64,000 nt of DNA from Acidimicrobiia bacterium (lineage in GTDB: Bacteria > Actinomycetota > Acidimicrobiia > Spongiisociales > Spongiisociaceae), in NCBI GenBank assembly GCA_963663955.1, contig OY760694.1, positions 2,118,327 through 2,182,326 of the forward strand. The letters run 5' to 3'. Each line of letters starts with the position of its first letter. Position 1 is the stretch's first letter. Under the pieces are notes generated by a model. The model was not told the origin of the DNA and did no database searches. It was given only the letters and a program-made list of their open reading frames with translations. The translations under genes and the position numbers were made by a program. Shown here piece after piece: positions 19,212-28,605 of this stretch.

Positions 19212-20393
19212 TCACTTCCCGCGACGGCTCGCCACAGGTACTCGCCGGTCAAGCTCGGCCTGAACCAGCGGATCGTCGGCCTTCTCAAGTGGATGCAGCG
19301 ACATGCCGAGGCGGCGTGCACACCACACGGCGTGCGCCCGCACCAACTCGTCGGGATCGGCTAGGGCATTGTTCACCGCTGAGCGAACGCATGAACTCGA
19401 AGGATCGCCCACATTTCCGAGAGCTACCAGGGCGTTGCGCCGCAGATAGCGAGGTTGGCGGCGGGGTATGTACCAGCGACCGAACCTCTCCATCAATTCA
19501 TCGTCGGATGCATCAAGTATCTCTAGCAACGAAACCCAAGCCTGGTTGTTGACCTCGTGCGTGGACCACCGGTGACCTCGACCGTCTCGGACAGCATTGC
19601 GGGTGGAACGCCGGAACCTAACCCGGTTAGGAGGACAAACGTCGGCGCAGTCGTCACACCCGTAGATGCGGTCGCCCAGAGCAACCCGGAACTCGGGAGG
19701 AAACACCCCGGCTTGCTGGACGAGCCAAGCCAGACAACGACGGGCATCGACGGTGCCGGGAGCGATTATGGCGCCGGTCGGGCACCCGTCGAGGCACTGC
19801 CTGCATGGCCCGCATCCGTCAGGGACCGGTTCGGGATCCGAGTCGCAAAGCTCGGCGTCGGTCACCACCGCTCCCAGGACAACCAGGCTACCCAAGCCTT
19901 GTATCAGTATGTTGGAACTCTTCCCCCACCAGCCGATTCCGGCGCGGTGGGCGGCGGCGCGGTCCACAAGATGGTTCTCGTCGGCTACCACTACCGCTCG
20001 ATGCCCGTCGGAGCGCAGCGGCTCGGCTACCGATTCGAGCGCGGTTCTCAACGCCGCGTAGTGGTCGGATCGGGCGTACGCGGCGACCCGACCGTAGGGT
20101 ATCCCGTCATCCGGTCGAGCGGGTTCGGCATGCCCGAAATCGAGAGCTCCCACTACCAGGCTTGCGGCGCCCGGGAGCACCCGAGCCGGGTCTGTGGAGC
20201 GCTGCGGATTCCGGTAGGTGAACTGCATTTCACCGTTCAACCCTTGACGCTTGCGCTCTTCAAGGATCTTCCTGGATTTCGAGAAGGGCTCGGCTCGGCA
20301 GACCCCCACCGCGCGCAAACCGGCTTGTCGTCCTATGTCTGCCAAGAGGTCAGCGGTTACGGCCATGTCTCCCTTGACCCTGACTGCCGACAT
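19212..20393 (-). CDS. queG: tRNA epoxyqueuosine(34) reductase
   Basis: 393 aa; 4Fe-4S ferredoxin motifs CGPCRQCLDGCPTGAI and CDDCADVCPPN; C-terminal HEAT-like region; QueG-type N-terminus. Confidence 0.75.
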   Translation of the reverse strand: MSAVRVKGDMAVTADLLADIGRQAGLRAVGVCRAEPFSKSRKILEERKRQGLNGEMQFTYRNPQRSTDPARVLPGAASLVVGALDFGHAEPARPDDGIPYGRVAAYARSDHYAALRTALESVAEPLRSDGHRAVVVADENHLVDRAAAHRAGIGWWGKSSNILIQGLGSLVVLGAVVTDAELCDSDPEPVPDGCGPCRQCLDGCPTGAIIAPGTVDARRCLAWLVQQAGVFPPEFRVALGDRIYGCDDCADVCPPNRVRFRRSTRNAVRDGRGHRWSTHEVNNQAWVSLLEILDASDDELMERFGRWYIPRRQPRYLRRNALVALGNVGDPSSSCVRSAVNNALADPDELVRAHAVWCARRLGMSLHPLEKADDPLVQAELDRRVPVASRRGK

Positions 20394-20471
20394 TGCTCAA
20401 GGGATGCTCTCTCCGGATCCGACGTGGCAGACACCCCCGAGGTGTCCTACAACCTGACGCCGTCCGTAAGC

Positions 20472-21146
20472 TTACCCACTTTTGAGAAACCTCATTCCAA
20501 GGGTGATGCTCCAGAGTACCCAGGGGAAGTAGCAAAGCCTGGCCAGCGTAACCATGCTCTCGCTGGGACCGGTCTGCCCGATGATGAGCGCCACCACGGC
20601 GACGACGGACACTACGAAAATCACTAGGGCGGCGATCTTGTTAAAACCCACCGGATCCCTAAACGACAGACCGAGGCTCAACGCCATTATCCCCAACGAC
20701 ACTGCAAGGCTCGAAATGAAAGTAATACCCGCGCTCGCCTGCTCGACCGGTACCGCCGCCTGGACCGCTACAGCGTCTTCGATCGGGACCTCGGCAAGGA
20801 TGTGAATCAGTCCGTAGGACATGATCCATCCGAACCCACCCACGGTCGCGCTGAGGATACCGAATCGGGATAGGGCGGAGGCGGAGTCATCCTCCACGAG
20901 AACGATCAGCCGGTTGAGACCGGTCAACCCGTAAATCATTATGAGCAGGCCGATTGGAACCATCAGGCCCGCGCCATGGGCTAAGGCGGCGTTGGAAGCC
21001 AGGGCCCGGATCCTCCCGATGGAGTCGGTCGAAACAGCGCTGTCAATCAACATACCGCCCGGTTGGAGTAGGAAGAATAACAGGGCCAGAATCGGCCCTA
21101 TGATCAGCGACCATGCCTCGAACCGGTTGACGGAACCAACCTTCAT
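20472..21146 (-). CDS. polytopic membrane protein (DUF4386-like)
   Basis: 224 aa, ~6 predicted hydrophobic helices; no catalytic motif recognised. Confidence 0.45.
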   Translation of the reverse strand: MKVGSVNRFEAWSLIIGPILALLFFLLQPGGMLIDSAVSTDSIGRIRALASNAALAHGAGLMVPIGLLIMIYGLTGLNRLIVLVEDDSASALSRFGILSATVGGFGWIMSYGLIHILAEVPIEDAVAVQAAVPVEQASAGITFISSLAVSLGIMALSLGLSFRDPVGFNKIAALVIFVVSVVAVVALIIGQTGPSESMVTLARLCYFPWVLWSITLGMRFLKSG

Positions 21147-21309
21147 GCCTCACCCCACATCGGTTTTGCTCTTCCCGAAAGGATAGCCGCCGAGCCGGCG
21201 GCCCGGCTTGTCTATTACCGAGGTAGTTGGACATCGCTTCTCCGCGCGTTTTCCCGACCCGGCCGGAGTGAGGTTGGGCGTCTAAACGTCAGCCTTGTCG
21301 GGCGGCGAC

Positions 21310-22689
21310 TCAGTGTCGGAGCAGCCGGTAGGCGGTCTCCCCGGCCCAGGAAGTACGCCCCGTCCTGAACTCCTTGCGGTCCGCCCAGCCCATCACGGCC
21401 CTGGTACCTCTGATCCCCAGCCAGCGCAAGGGCTCCGGCTCCCAGCGGCGCGACTCGATCCCTACCCATGCAAGATGGGCCAACTCGGAATCGGTACCGG
21501 TTACCAGATCGGCAAGAGTGCGACCGGCCAGATTGGAGGGAGCTACCCCCTCCCCCACGTAGCCTCCCGCAGATCCGAACCCACGTTTCAGATCGAAGCG
21601 GACGGACGGAATCCAGTTGCGGGGCGCCCCCAGCACCCCGCCCCAGCGATGGGTTATCTTGACCTCGGCCAGCACCGGAAAGATGTCCACCAACACTCGC
21701 CGGATCATTTCATGGGCTCGCCGGTTCCGTTCAGTAGCGGGGTTGATCCGGGACCCGTACAGGTACGGTACTGCCCGTCCTCCGAATGCGATCCGATCGT
21801 CCTTAGTCCGCTGTCCATATATAACCGCGTAGCGGTCATCGGCGAAGGTGGGTCTGGTTTCGAGGCCGATTTCGGTCCACATCGCCTCATCCAGTGGTTC
21901 GGTGGCAACCATCAGCGAGTACAGCGGCGCGACCGCGCGACGCCTGCCCGGTAGATCACGGGTATAAGCCTCGGTGGCTCTGATCACCACCGGAGCCGAG
22001 ACAGTTCCTCGAGGGGTGGTGACTCCACCCTCCCGGATGGATGTCACGGCGGTCTGCTCGACTATCCGGACCCCCCGCCGCTCGACCGCGGCGGCGCCCA
22101 ATCCCCGAACCAGCCGGGCCGGGTCGAGAGCCGCGCAGGGCGCGTAGAAGATACCCCCGTGCAGGTTGGTAGGCCGGGCGTACCGACGTACCTCATCGGG
22201 AGTGAGCAGCCGTATGACGTCCTCGCCGATTCCGTGGGAACGGTTTTCCTCGACCGCAGCTACCTGACGCTCGGCTTGGGCTCGGTTACGGGCGAAGCGG
22301 ATGACACCTCCCTTGGCGAAACCACAATCAATCGACTCCGCCTCGATCACCCTCCCTACCTCATCGACCGAACCATGCACGTAATCCATCAGTCGCAGCG
22401 CCGCCTCGTGGTTACTATGCCGTGCATAGCCCGCCACACCCGTTGCTAACTCGCCGACACACCATCCTCCGTTGCGTCCGGAAGCCCCGAAACCACATAT
22501 CTCACGTTCAACCACCAGTATGGACCGCGACGGATCTCGTTCAGCTAAGTAATACGCCGTCCAAAGACCGGTGAAGCCACCCCCGACGATTACCACGTCC
22601 ACCTCACTATCACCGTCGAGCGGAGGACGCGGTTCAAGGCTTCCCGGGAAGGTCGCCAACCAGAGAGACAGGTTCGTGTAGTCCACCAT
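21310..22689 (-). CDS. FAD-dependent oxidoreductase (DAO / glycine oxidase-like)
   Basis: VDVVIVGGGFTGLWTAYYLAERDP…ICGFGASGRNGGW Rossmann/FAD motif. Start taken at MVDYTN (ATG 22689) rather than the 552-aa ORF start, which would overlap the divergent GNAT gene. Confidence 0.7.
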   Translation of the reverse strand: MVDYTNLSLWLATFPGSLEPRPPLDGDSEVDVVIVGGGFTGLWTAYYLAERDPSRSILVVEREICGFGASGRNGGWCVGELATGVAGYARHSNHEAALRLMDYVHGSVDEVGRVIEAESIDCGFAKGGVIRFARNRAQAERQVAAVEENRSHGIGEDVIRLLTPDEVRRYARPTNLHGGIFYAPCAALDPARLVRGLGAAAVERRGVRIVEQTAVTSIREGGVTTPRGTVSAPVVIRATEAYTRDLPGRRRAVAPLYSLMVATEPLDEAMWTEIGLETRPTFADDRYAVIYGQRTKDDRIAFGGRAVPYLYGSRINPATERNRRAHEMIRRVLVDIFPVLAEVKITHRWGGVLGAPRNWIPSVRFDLKRGFGSAGGYVGEGVAPSNLAGRTLADLVTGTDSELAHLAWVGIESRRWEPEPLRWLGIRGTRAVMGWADRKEFRTGRTSWAGETAYRLLRH

Positions 22690-22709
22690 GACATGAAGTA
22701 TATAATCGG

Positions 22710-23330
22710 GTGGTGAGCCAAGATTTGCATTACCGTCACATCCGGCCGGAGTGGATCGACAAGCTGGCCAACCTGGAACTAAGGGCCTTCCAGAGCGTTG
22801 AACCAGCCGACCTGTACAACTCCGAGAAGTTGGCGGACCTGGCCGAAGTATTCCCGGAGGGTAACTTCGTGGTACTCGACGGTGACGAACCCGTAGCCAT
22901 GGGTCTAGGGGTGCGGGTCGACTTCGATCTCGAACACCCGCAACATCGGATGAAGGACCTGATTGCACTGGGCAAGAAAGCCGGACACAATCCTGCTGGA
23001 GAGTGGTACTACGGGACCTCCATCACGGTAGACCGGCGGTACCGGCGGCGCGGGATCGGTAGCCGCCTCTACGAGCTACGGAAGGCAGTGTGCCGTGACC
23101 TGGGTCTGCGAGGCATCATCGCGGGTGGGGTGATTCCCGGTTATGCCGAACATAGACACTCCATGACCGCGGCGCAATACGTTGAAAAGGTGGCCGCCGG
23201 CGAACTCTACGACCGAACCCTCACCTTCCAGATCAAGAACGGGTTCGAAGCGCGAGGCGTACTGGAGAACTACATGCGAGACCCTACCGTCGACAGCTGG
23301 GCCTCGTTGATAGTCTGGATCAATCGGTAG
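22710..23330 (+). CDS. GNAT family N-acetyltransferase
   Basis: 206 aa; …RRYRRRGIGSRLYELRK… acetyl-CoA binding motif (R/Q-x-x-G-x-G/A). Confidence 0.7.
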   Translation: MVSQDLHYRHIRPEWIDKLANLELRAFQSVEPADLYNSEKLADLAEVFPEGNFVVLDGDEPVAMGLGVRVDFDLEHPQHRMKDLIALGKKAGHNPAGEWYYGTSITVDRRYRRRGIGSRLYELRKAVCRDLGLRGIIAGGVIPGYAEHRHSMTAAQYVEKVAAGELYDRTLTFQIKNGFEARGVLENYMRDPTVDSWASLIVWINR

Positions 23331-26319
23331 CGGGCTCGAGCGTGCGGCCCTGCGCGGCGATGTGCGGTTCGCTGCACCATGCGGTTCGCAACACCGCCAA
23401 CGCGTTCGTGAAGTCGTCGGCGGAAACGTTGGCTTGTTCGTGCAGCCGGAGGAGGTCGCATAGGACGGCGGCGTCTAACCGGTGTCGGGCGGTGTCTTGG
23501 TCAGCCTGGTTGGCGGGTAGGAAACGAACCGCTTTCAGTTCTTCGTATAAATGCCCGGCTTGATCCAACTGTGTGTCGGATAGGGTCCGAGGGTCGTAGA
23601 CCGGAATTCGGGCCTGGCGGGTCACCGTGACCAGAGCGCGGCGTTTCTGCTGGCGTGTGCCGGTCACCCAAAAGGAAATGAGCCCGAGGGTGGTGTTCAT
23701 CCACAGCGTCAGGAAGGCTCCGTGGCGGGGGTCGGTGAGTTTGTAGCCGGGCCATGCTCGTCCACCCAAGACACGGTCCGGGGTCATGCACGCCGCCAGC
23801 ATCTGCGAGCCGAAGTCGAAATCCTGGTTCAAGTGGAAGGTTGTGGCGTGATCGCGGAACAGCCGCCTCGCCCTGTCCGCTTGGCCCTCCCTGACCGTAC
23901 CGGAGCGGTCCGGGCGTACCTCCAGCCGGGACTCCCGACCGCTGGGCGCGTGATGCGCCCACAGCAGCGGATAGTAGGTAGCACCATGTTCGGGTATCGG
24001 ATCAATGTAGAAGGGGGCCCGCGTTTGTCGGCTTCCCACCGATCCGCGCTGCGTCGCAATGTCCCTGTGGATAGGTCCCCGCCCACCTAGCCTGCCGAGT
24101 CGGGTGCTTGGTATGGGGATCGGTGCGAAGCGTCCCAGCCGCACCTTACCTGTCATCAGGCCGCTGGCGGCATCGCGTACCGGGTCGGAGTGGATAGCCA
24201 GCAGGCCACCGTCGTCGATACCCGCGGTTATCGCCCTTCCTATCAGGTCACTGCCGTACCGCAGTTCCGCCGTTCCACCATTTGACGGTTCGGCTTCGAC
24301 TATCAGCCCGGCGTCGATCAACGCTTCCATTTCGGATGTCGGTCTCGAAAACAGCGTGACCCATCGGACGGCGGGGATGTCCCCATCCGACCGTAGCGTT
24401 CGGCGGCGTCTGGCCACCACAAGCAACTCCGCTATACCGGTGTCGGCGGAGAACTGCCTTTCTTCATCGGTTGATCCGGCAAGTCCTATAAAGGTGATGT
24501 TGTCGTAGTGAGCGGCGAGAAGGGAGCGCAGCCCTCCCCAGTCCCTGCCTGTGGAGACGGTGAGCGGCAGCACGAACGCTAGCACCCCTCCGGGGCGCAG
24601 TTTGGCATGAGCTATGTCGAAGAAGTAGGACCCCAACCCGGCGTTGCCGTGAGCGGCCCGATCCCGACTCCCCCGCGATAGCTTGGCGAGGCGGTCGGCC
24701 ATGATCCGCTGATGTTCAGGGCTGGCGCCGAACGGAGCAAACGGGGGCACAACATCGGTTGTCACCCCGCTGTGGATCGCTCCACGGCGGCTGTGCTTGG
24801 TGGCTCTCCCGTAGGGCGGGTTCATTATAATCAGATCGCAGCTTTGCGGCGGCACGCCCACCCGGGTGTTGCTGCGGGCTTCGTCGGCGGTGGCCGCTAC
24901 CCGCAGATCGGAACGTTCGCCTAGCAGTGACATCACGTTGGCCCCGTCCCGCAGCATATCCAATGCCCCCAAGTTGATGGTCGTCCGTCCGTCGAGCGCG
25001 GTGTCGCACCCCAGTGGCACCAAGTGGATGCCGGTACCTCCGTACACCAAATCGGGATGCTTTGACGACAGCGCCATCGCGGTCAGATGAGTGGCGGCAG
25101 GAAGCACGTCCATACCTGTGAACACTCTCTCGACCATGGCGGCGTGAATAGACCGGTCGTCACCCCCTGCCCTCCGCACGCGGGCTGCGATGCTTCGGTA
25201 TGCGGCGGTGAGCAGCATCCCGGTACCGCACGCGAAGTCAGCCACCCGCAAACCTGTCACCGCGTCCGTGTCGGACCAATCGGTAACGTCCATGTTCGCT
25301 ACCGCTACCTCGGCTAGCAGCGCGGCCGCTTCGACCCTGGTGTAATGCGCCTTGAGCAGGTCCCGGTCAGTTACCAGACGCCCGAACATCTGGCCGACCG
25401 CATCCTGCAGATTTCCGAGGTTGGCGCTGGCCATCCGTTCGGATGCGGTGACGGCCCGATCAAGCACTTGCGAAGCGTTCCGAGGGGCCAGCTCTTCGAG
25501 AATCTGCGTGGCTATATCGAATATGGGCCACCAGTTGATTTGCAGTATCGCCTTCCAGGCCATCCTGACAGCTTGGACAGACGGCCGGAGTACCTGAGTG
25601 CTGTCAGCCAGGCTTACCCGTTCCGTGCGGACCGAAACGACGGTAGGTACGTGCATTACCGAGTCGGCTAGCCCGTCTTGGAAGATGAAGGCGTTGACCA
25701 ACAACATGGCCGCCATGCGACAGCTCTGAATGTCGCTGACCGTCGGATCGTGGTGTTGACGCAGCAACTCGGTGATTCGGTCCGCGCGTCCGGTACGATG
25801 AATGAGAGCGCCTGCGTCCCTTACCCCGTCCGCCAGCGCACTGCTCGCGGCGGCGACACTGCTAGCTGAAACCCCGCTGACTTCGATAAGGTCGGCGATT
25901 CGTTGCAGACCCGCGGGGGACCACCCTTGAGAAGGCAACCGTCCGGTGGTCGAAAGTAACGCCCACCGCAAACAGGGCTGGGCCGACACCAGCTGGTTAT
26001 CCAATTCTTCGTCGGTTGCTTCACGCCACGACTCGGGGTACAACACCATTAGTACCGTTTCGACCGGCTGGCCGTCAACCAACACCCCTAGCCGTCCCCT
26101 AGCCTGTTGCTCAAGCGCCGATGCGTGTCGCTCGAACTTCGCTTCGACGATCACCGGGGCGGCCCCGGATGGATGCACCAGCACGTCCGGGGAGTCGGCG
26201 GGCCTACCATCCAACACACGGGTCTGCTGTACCTTCAGGCCGTCACCCGCCCAGCGAGGACTGAGTCTGCGCAAGGCTGGGCCGACCTTTCCCGAAGTGA
26301 TGTCCTGCTCAGTCCTCAT
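23320..26319 (-). CDS. large N6-adenine DNA methyltransferase, candidate type IIG/IIL restriction-modification enzyme (PD-ExK-like N-terminus + gamma-class MTase + C-terminal TRD-like region)
   Basis: 999 aa; motif I FACGTGMLL, motif IV IIMNPPYG; N-terminal SPDVLVHPSGAAPVIVEAKFE resembles a PD…(D/E)xK nuclease motif. Size and architecture resemble MmeI-like enzymes. Confidence 0.55.
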   Translation of the reverse strand: MRTEQDITSGKVGPALRRLSPRWAGDGLKVQQTRVLDGRPADSPDVLVHPSGAAPVIVEAKFERHASALEQQARGRLGVLVDGQPVETVLMVLYPESWREATDEELDNQLVSAQPCLRWALLSTTGRLPSQGWSPAGLQRIADLIEVSGVSASSVAAASSALADGVRDAGALIHRTGRADRITELLRQHHDPTVSDIQSCRMAAMLLVNAFIFQDGLADSVMHVPTVVSVRTERVSLADSTQVLRPSVQAVRMAWKAILQINWWPIFDIATQILEELAPRNASQVLDRAVTASERMASANLGNLQDAVGQMFGRLVTDRDLLKAHYTRVEAAALLAEVAVANMDVTDWSDTDAVTGLRVADFACGTGMLLTAAYRSIAARVRRAGGDDRSIHAAMVERVFTGMDVLPAATHLTAMALSSKHPDLVYGGTGIHLVPLGCDTALDGRTTINLGALDMLRDGANVMSLLGERSDLRVAATADEARSNTRVGVPPQSCDLIIMNPPYGRATKHSRRGAIHSGVTTDVVPPFAPFGASPEHQRIMADRLAKLSRGSRDRAAHGNAGLGSYFFDIAHAKLRPGGVLAFVLPLTVSTGRDWGGLRSLLAAHYDNITFIGLAGSTDEERQFSADTGIAELLVVARRRRTLRSDGDIPAVRWVTLFSRPTSEMEALIDAGLIVEAEPSNGGTAELRYGSDLIGRAITAGIDDGGLLAIHSDPVRDAASGLMTGKVRLGRFAPIPIPSTRLGRLGGRGPIHRDIATQRGSVGSRQTRAPFYIDPIPEHGATYYPLLWAHHAPSGRESRLEVRPDRSGTVREGQADRARRLFRDHATTFHLNQDFDFGSQMLAACMTPDRVLGGRAWPGYKLTDPRHGAFLTLWMNTTLGLISFWVTGTRQQKRRALVTVTRQARIPVYDPRTLSDTQLDQAGHLYEELKAVRFLPANQADQDTARHRLDAAVLCDLLRLHEQANVSADDFTNALAVLRTAWCSEPHIAAQGRTLEPATD

Positions 26320-26385
26320 ACGGCGGTTTCCTTAGCGGGAATCTACTGCCCGGAACGGCATGCCAACCTGCCCGGCGCGAGCGAT

Positions 26386-26886
26386 TCAGCCCAGGGCGCC
26401 TATCGCGGAGTCGTAGTCGGGTTCGTCGACGATCTCCGGAACCAAGTGGGAATGCAGGACAGTACCGTCGGTATCGAGGACCACCACAGCTCTGGCGCAC
26501 AAGCCTGCCAGGGGCCCGTCGATCATGCCGACACCATAGTCATCCATGAACTCCCGGTTGCGGAATACCGAGCCGGTCACAACGTTGTCGAGCCCTTCCG
26601 CCCCGCAGAATCGTCCGGCGGCAAATGGAAGGTCAGCCGAAACGCATACCACTGTGGTGTTGTCGAGCCCGGACGCGAGTCCGTTGAAGGCGCGGACGCT
26701 AGCTGCGCAGGTGCCGGTATCCACCGAGGGGAAGATATTGAGCACCACTCGTCTCCCCATCAGCTCCTCCGACGTTACCGAGCCGAGATCCTTGGTGGTG
26801 AGACTGAAAGCGGGCGCCGCCGAACCGACTGCCGGAAGATCCCCGCTTGTATTGACGGCATTGCCCTTGAGGGCCGTACGTGCCAT
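26386..26886 (-). CDS. tpx: thiol peroxidase (atypical 2-Cys peroxiredoxin)
   Basis: 166 aa; …AAPAFSL…[20 protein letters not shown]… with conserved Tpx Cys. Confidence 0.85.
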   Translation of the reverse strand: MARTALKGNAVNTSGDLPAVGSAAPAFSLTTKDLGSVTSEELMGRRVVLNIFPSVDTGTCAASVRAFNGLASGLDNTTVVCVSADLPFAAGRFCGAEGLDNVVTGSVFRNREFMDDYGVGMIDGPLAGLCARAVVVLDTDGTVLHSHLVPEIVDEPDYDSAIGALG

Positions 26887-27042
26887 TCGCTTCTCCTATA
26901 CGTGGGTGGACAATTGCGGCGCCGTGAACCACCGTGTGGAATCCGGAACCGGCATAATCAGATTAGCCGTCGAGATGAAATCGTATGAACGGGCCCGAGT
27001 TCGGGGTCGGCGGTTGCAACACCTGCCCGGCTGCGTCAATCC

Positions 27043-28284
27043 TCAACTTTCTGACCCCTCCAAGTGGGTGGTGAGGTTGTAGGTACCGATGACCGGCGTG
27101 CCGTCGGCCGACACAGCCACCTGGGTTACGGAGGTGTTAGCCAGCGGTCCGATCAGCCGGGCTTTGTCAAACTCGAAGCCGAGCACGGAGCCGACGTAGG
27201 CGCGTATCGCTCCCCCATGGGATACGACGGCTACCCGACCGCCGGGGTGTCTCGGCTGGAGACGGTTAACAAACCCCGAGACCCTCTGCTGTACATCGGT
27301 CCAGGTCTCACCAGTGTGACCCCGTCGGATATCGTTACCGTCAGTCGGGTAGCCGCCCAACTCTCCGGCTGCCTCCAGATCGGCCCACATCTTGCCTTCC
27401 CATTCGCCCAAGCTGATCTCGACCATCTGATCAACCGCAATGGCCGGCCGCTCGAAGACAATCTCCGCCGTGGATCGAGCTCTTCCGAGCGACGATGCAT
27501 ACACCTCGTCAACCTCTCCGATCCAGCCGCGCAGCTTCCCGGCTTGGGCTCGTCCTTCCGCATGAAGACCATCGTCCAGGCGGCCTTGGACTCGCCGCTC
27601 GAGATTTGCATGTGTTACTCCGTGACGGATCAGGTCAACTATGACAGAACCTTGGTCGCCCAAGTAGGCGGGCCAGCCGACCACCGGGCCGAGATGGCCC
27701 GCATCGTTGTAACGCTGAAGGGTGTGGCCGTAGTCGTGAAAGGCCAACTCGCAGAAGGATGTGTTGGTCAGGAAGGCCAGCCGGCGACGCCCTACCGGGA
27801 GGTCCAGCAGTCGCCACAGCACCGCGCCGATCAGACCACCATGGGTGGCTACCAAGGCGGTCTCCCCGTCATCCATGCGGGAAATCAGATCCCCGAGCGC
27901 CCCACACCCCCGATCGGCCACCTGTCGGGGTGATTCACCCGTTACCCCCATGGGCATATCGAAGTCCCGGTTCAGACGTTCGAGATCTTCGCCATGACGC
28001 TCTAGCACCACAGTATCAGGCAGGCCTTCCCATTCACCGATGTCACCTTCCCTCCACCGGATTGTCCGGCGGGGCTCGAATCCGGATTCAAGGGCGGTGT
28101 CTACCGACCGCTCTAGATCTGAGGACTCGACCAAGGCTATCCGTCGTTTCGACAATCTCTGTCCGGCCTTCCTGGCTTGGGAATGGCCTAGCTCCGTCAT
28201 CGGACTATTGCCGGCACCCTGGAATATGCGGCGGGCATTAGCCTCGGATTCGCCGTGGCGCATGAGTATCACATGTCTTGCCAT
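27043..28284 (-). CDS. histidine phosphatase family protein with two tandem phosphoglycerate-mutase-like domains
   Basis: Two RHG motifs: VILMRHGESEAN (N-terminal) and IVDLIRHGVTHAN (second domain). Start taken at MARHVIL. Confidence 0.65.
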   Translation of the reverse strand: MARHVILMRHGESEANARRIFQGAGNSPMTELGHSQARKAGQRLSKRRIALVESSDLERSVDTALESGFEPRRTIRWREGDIGEWEGLPDTVVLERHGEDLERLNRDFDMPMGVTGESPRQVADRGCGALGDLISRMDDGETALVATHGGLIGAVLWRLLDLPVGRRRLAFLTNTSFCELAFHDYGHTLQRYNDAGHLGPVVGWPAYLGDQGSVIVDLIRHGVTHANLERRVQGRLDDGLHAEGRAQAGKLRGWIGEVDEVYASSLGRARSTAEIVFERPAIAVDQMVEISLGEWEGKMWADLEAAGELGGYPTDGNDIRRGHTGETWTDVQQRVSGFVNRLQPRHPGGRVAVVSHGGAIRAYVGSVLGFEFDKARLIGPLANTSVTQVAVSADGTPVIGTYNLTTHLEGSES

Positions 28285-28384
28285 TTGCCTCTTCCCGCTT
28301 CGACCACGTAATGACCACACTTCCGATGCCTGCCGACATATCTCGCCAAGTGAACCTTGTTCATCGGGTTCGACGAAGTTCCCT

Positions 28385-28593
28385 TAACCCTGATTATTCA
28401 GGTTTCCCACACACCGAGGCATGTAACGTCAGTTCCACCCGAGTTTGGGGGCTACCCACCGTTCACCCGACAGGTGAATATCTAGACCGGACCGGGATGG
28501 GAAATACCGATAGCTGTATTGCCTGGTCAGGGTGCGAATATAGCCTACTCCACTCATCCCCCAAACCTCCATCCATGAATAATCGGGGTTAAA
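28385..28593 (+). repeat. full copy (d) of the MITE-like repeat
   Basis: TTAACCCTGATTATTCAGG…CCATGAATAATCGGGGTTAA; perfect 19-bp terminal inverted repeat. Confidence 0.7.
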
Positions 28594-28605
28594 GGAGTCT
28601 GATTA

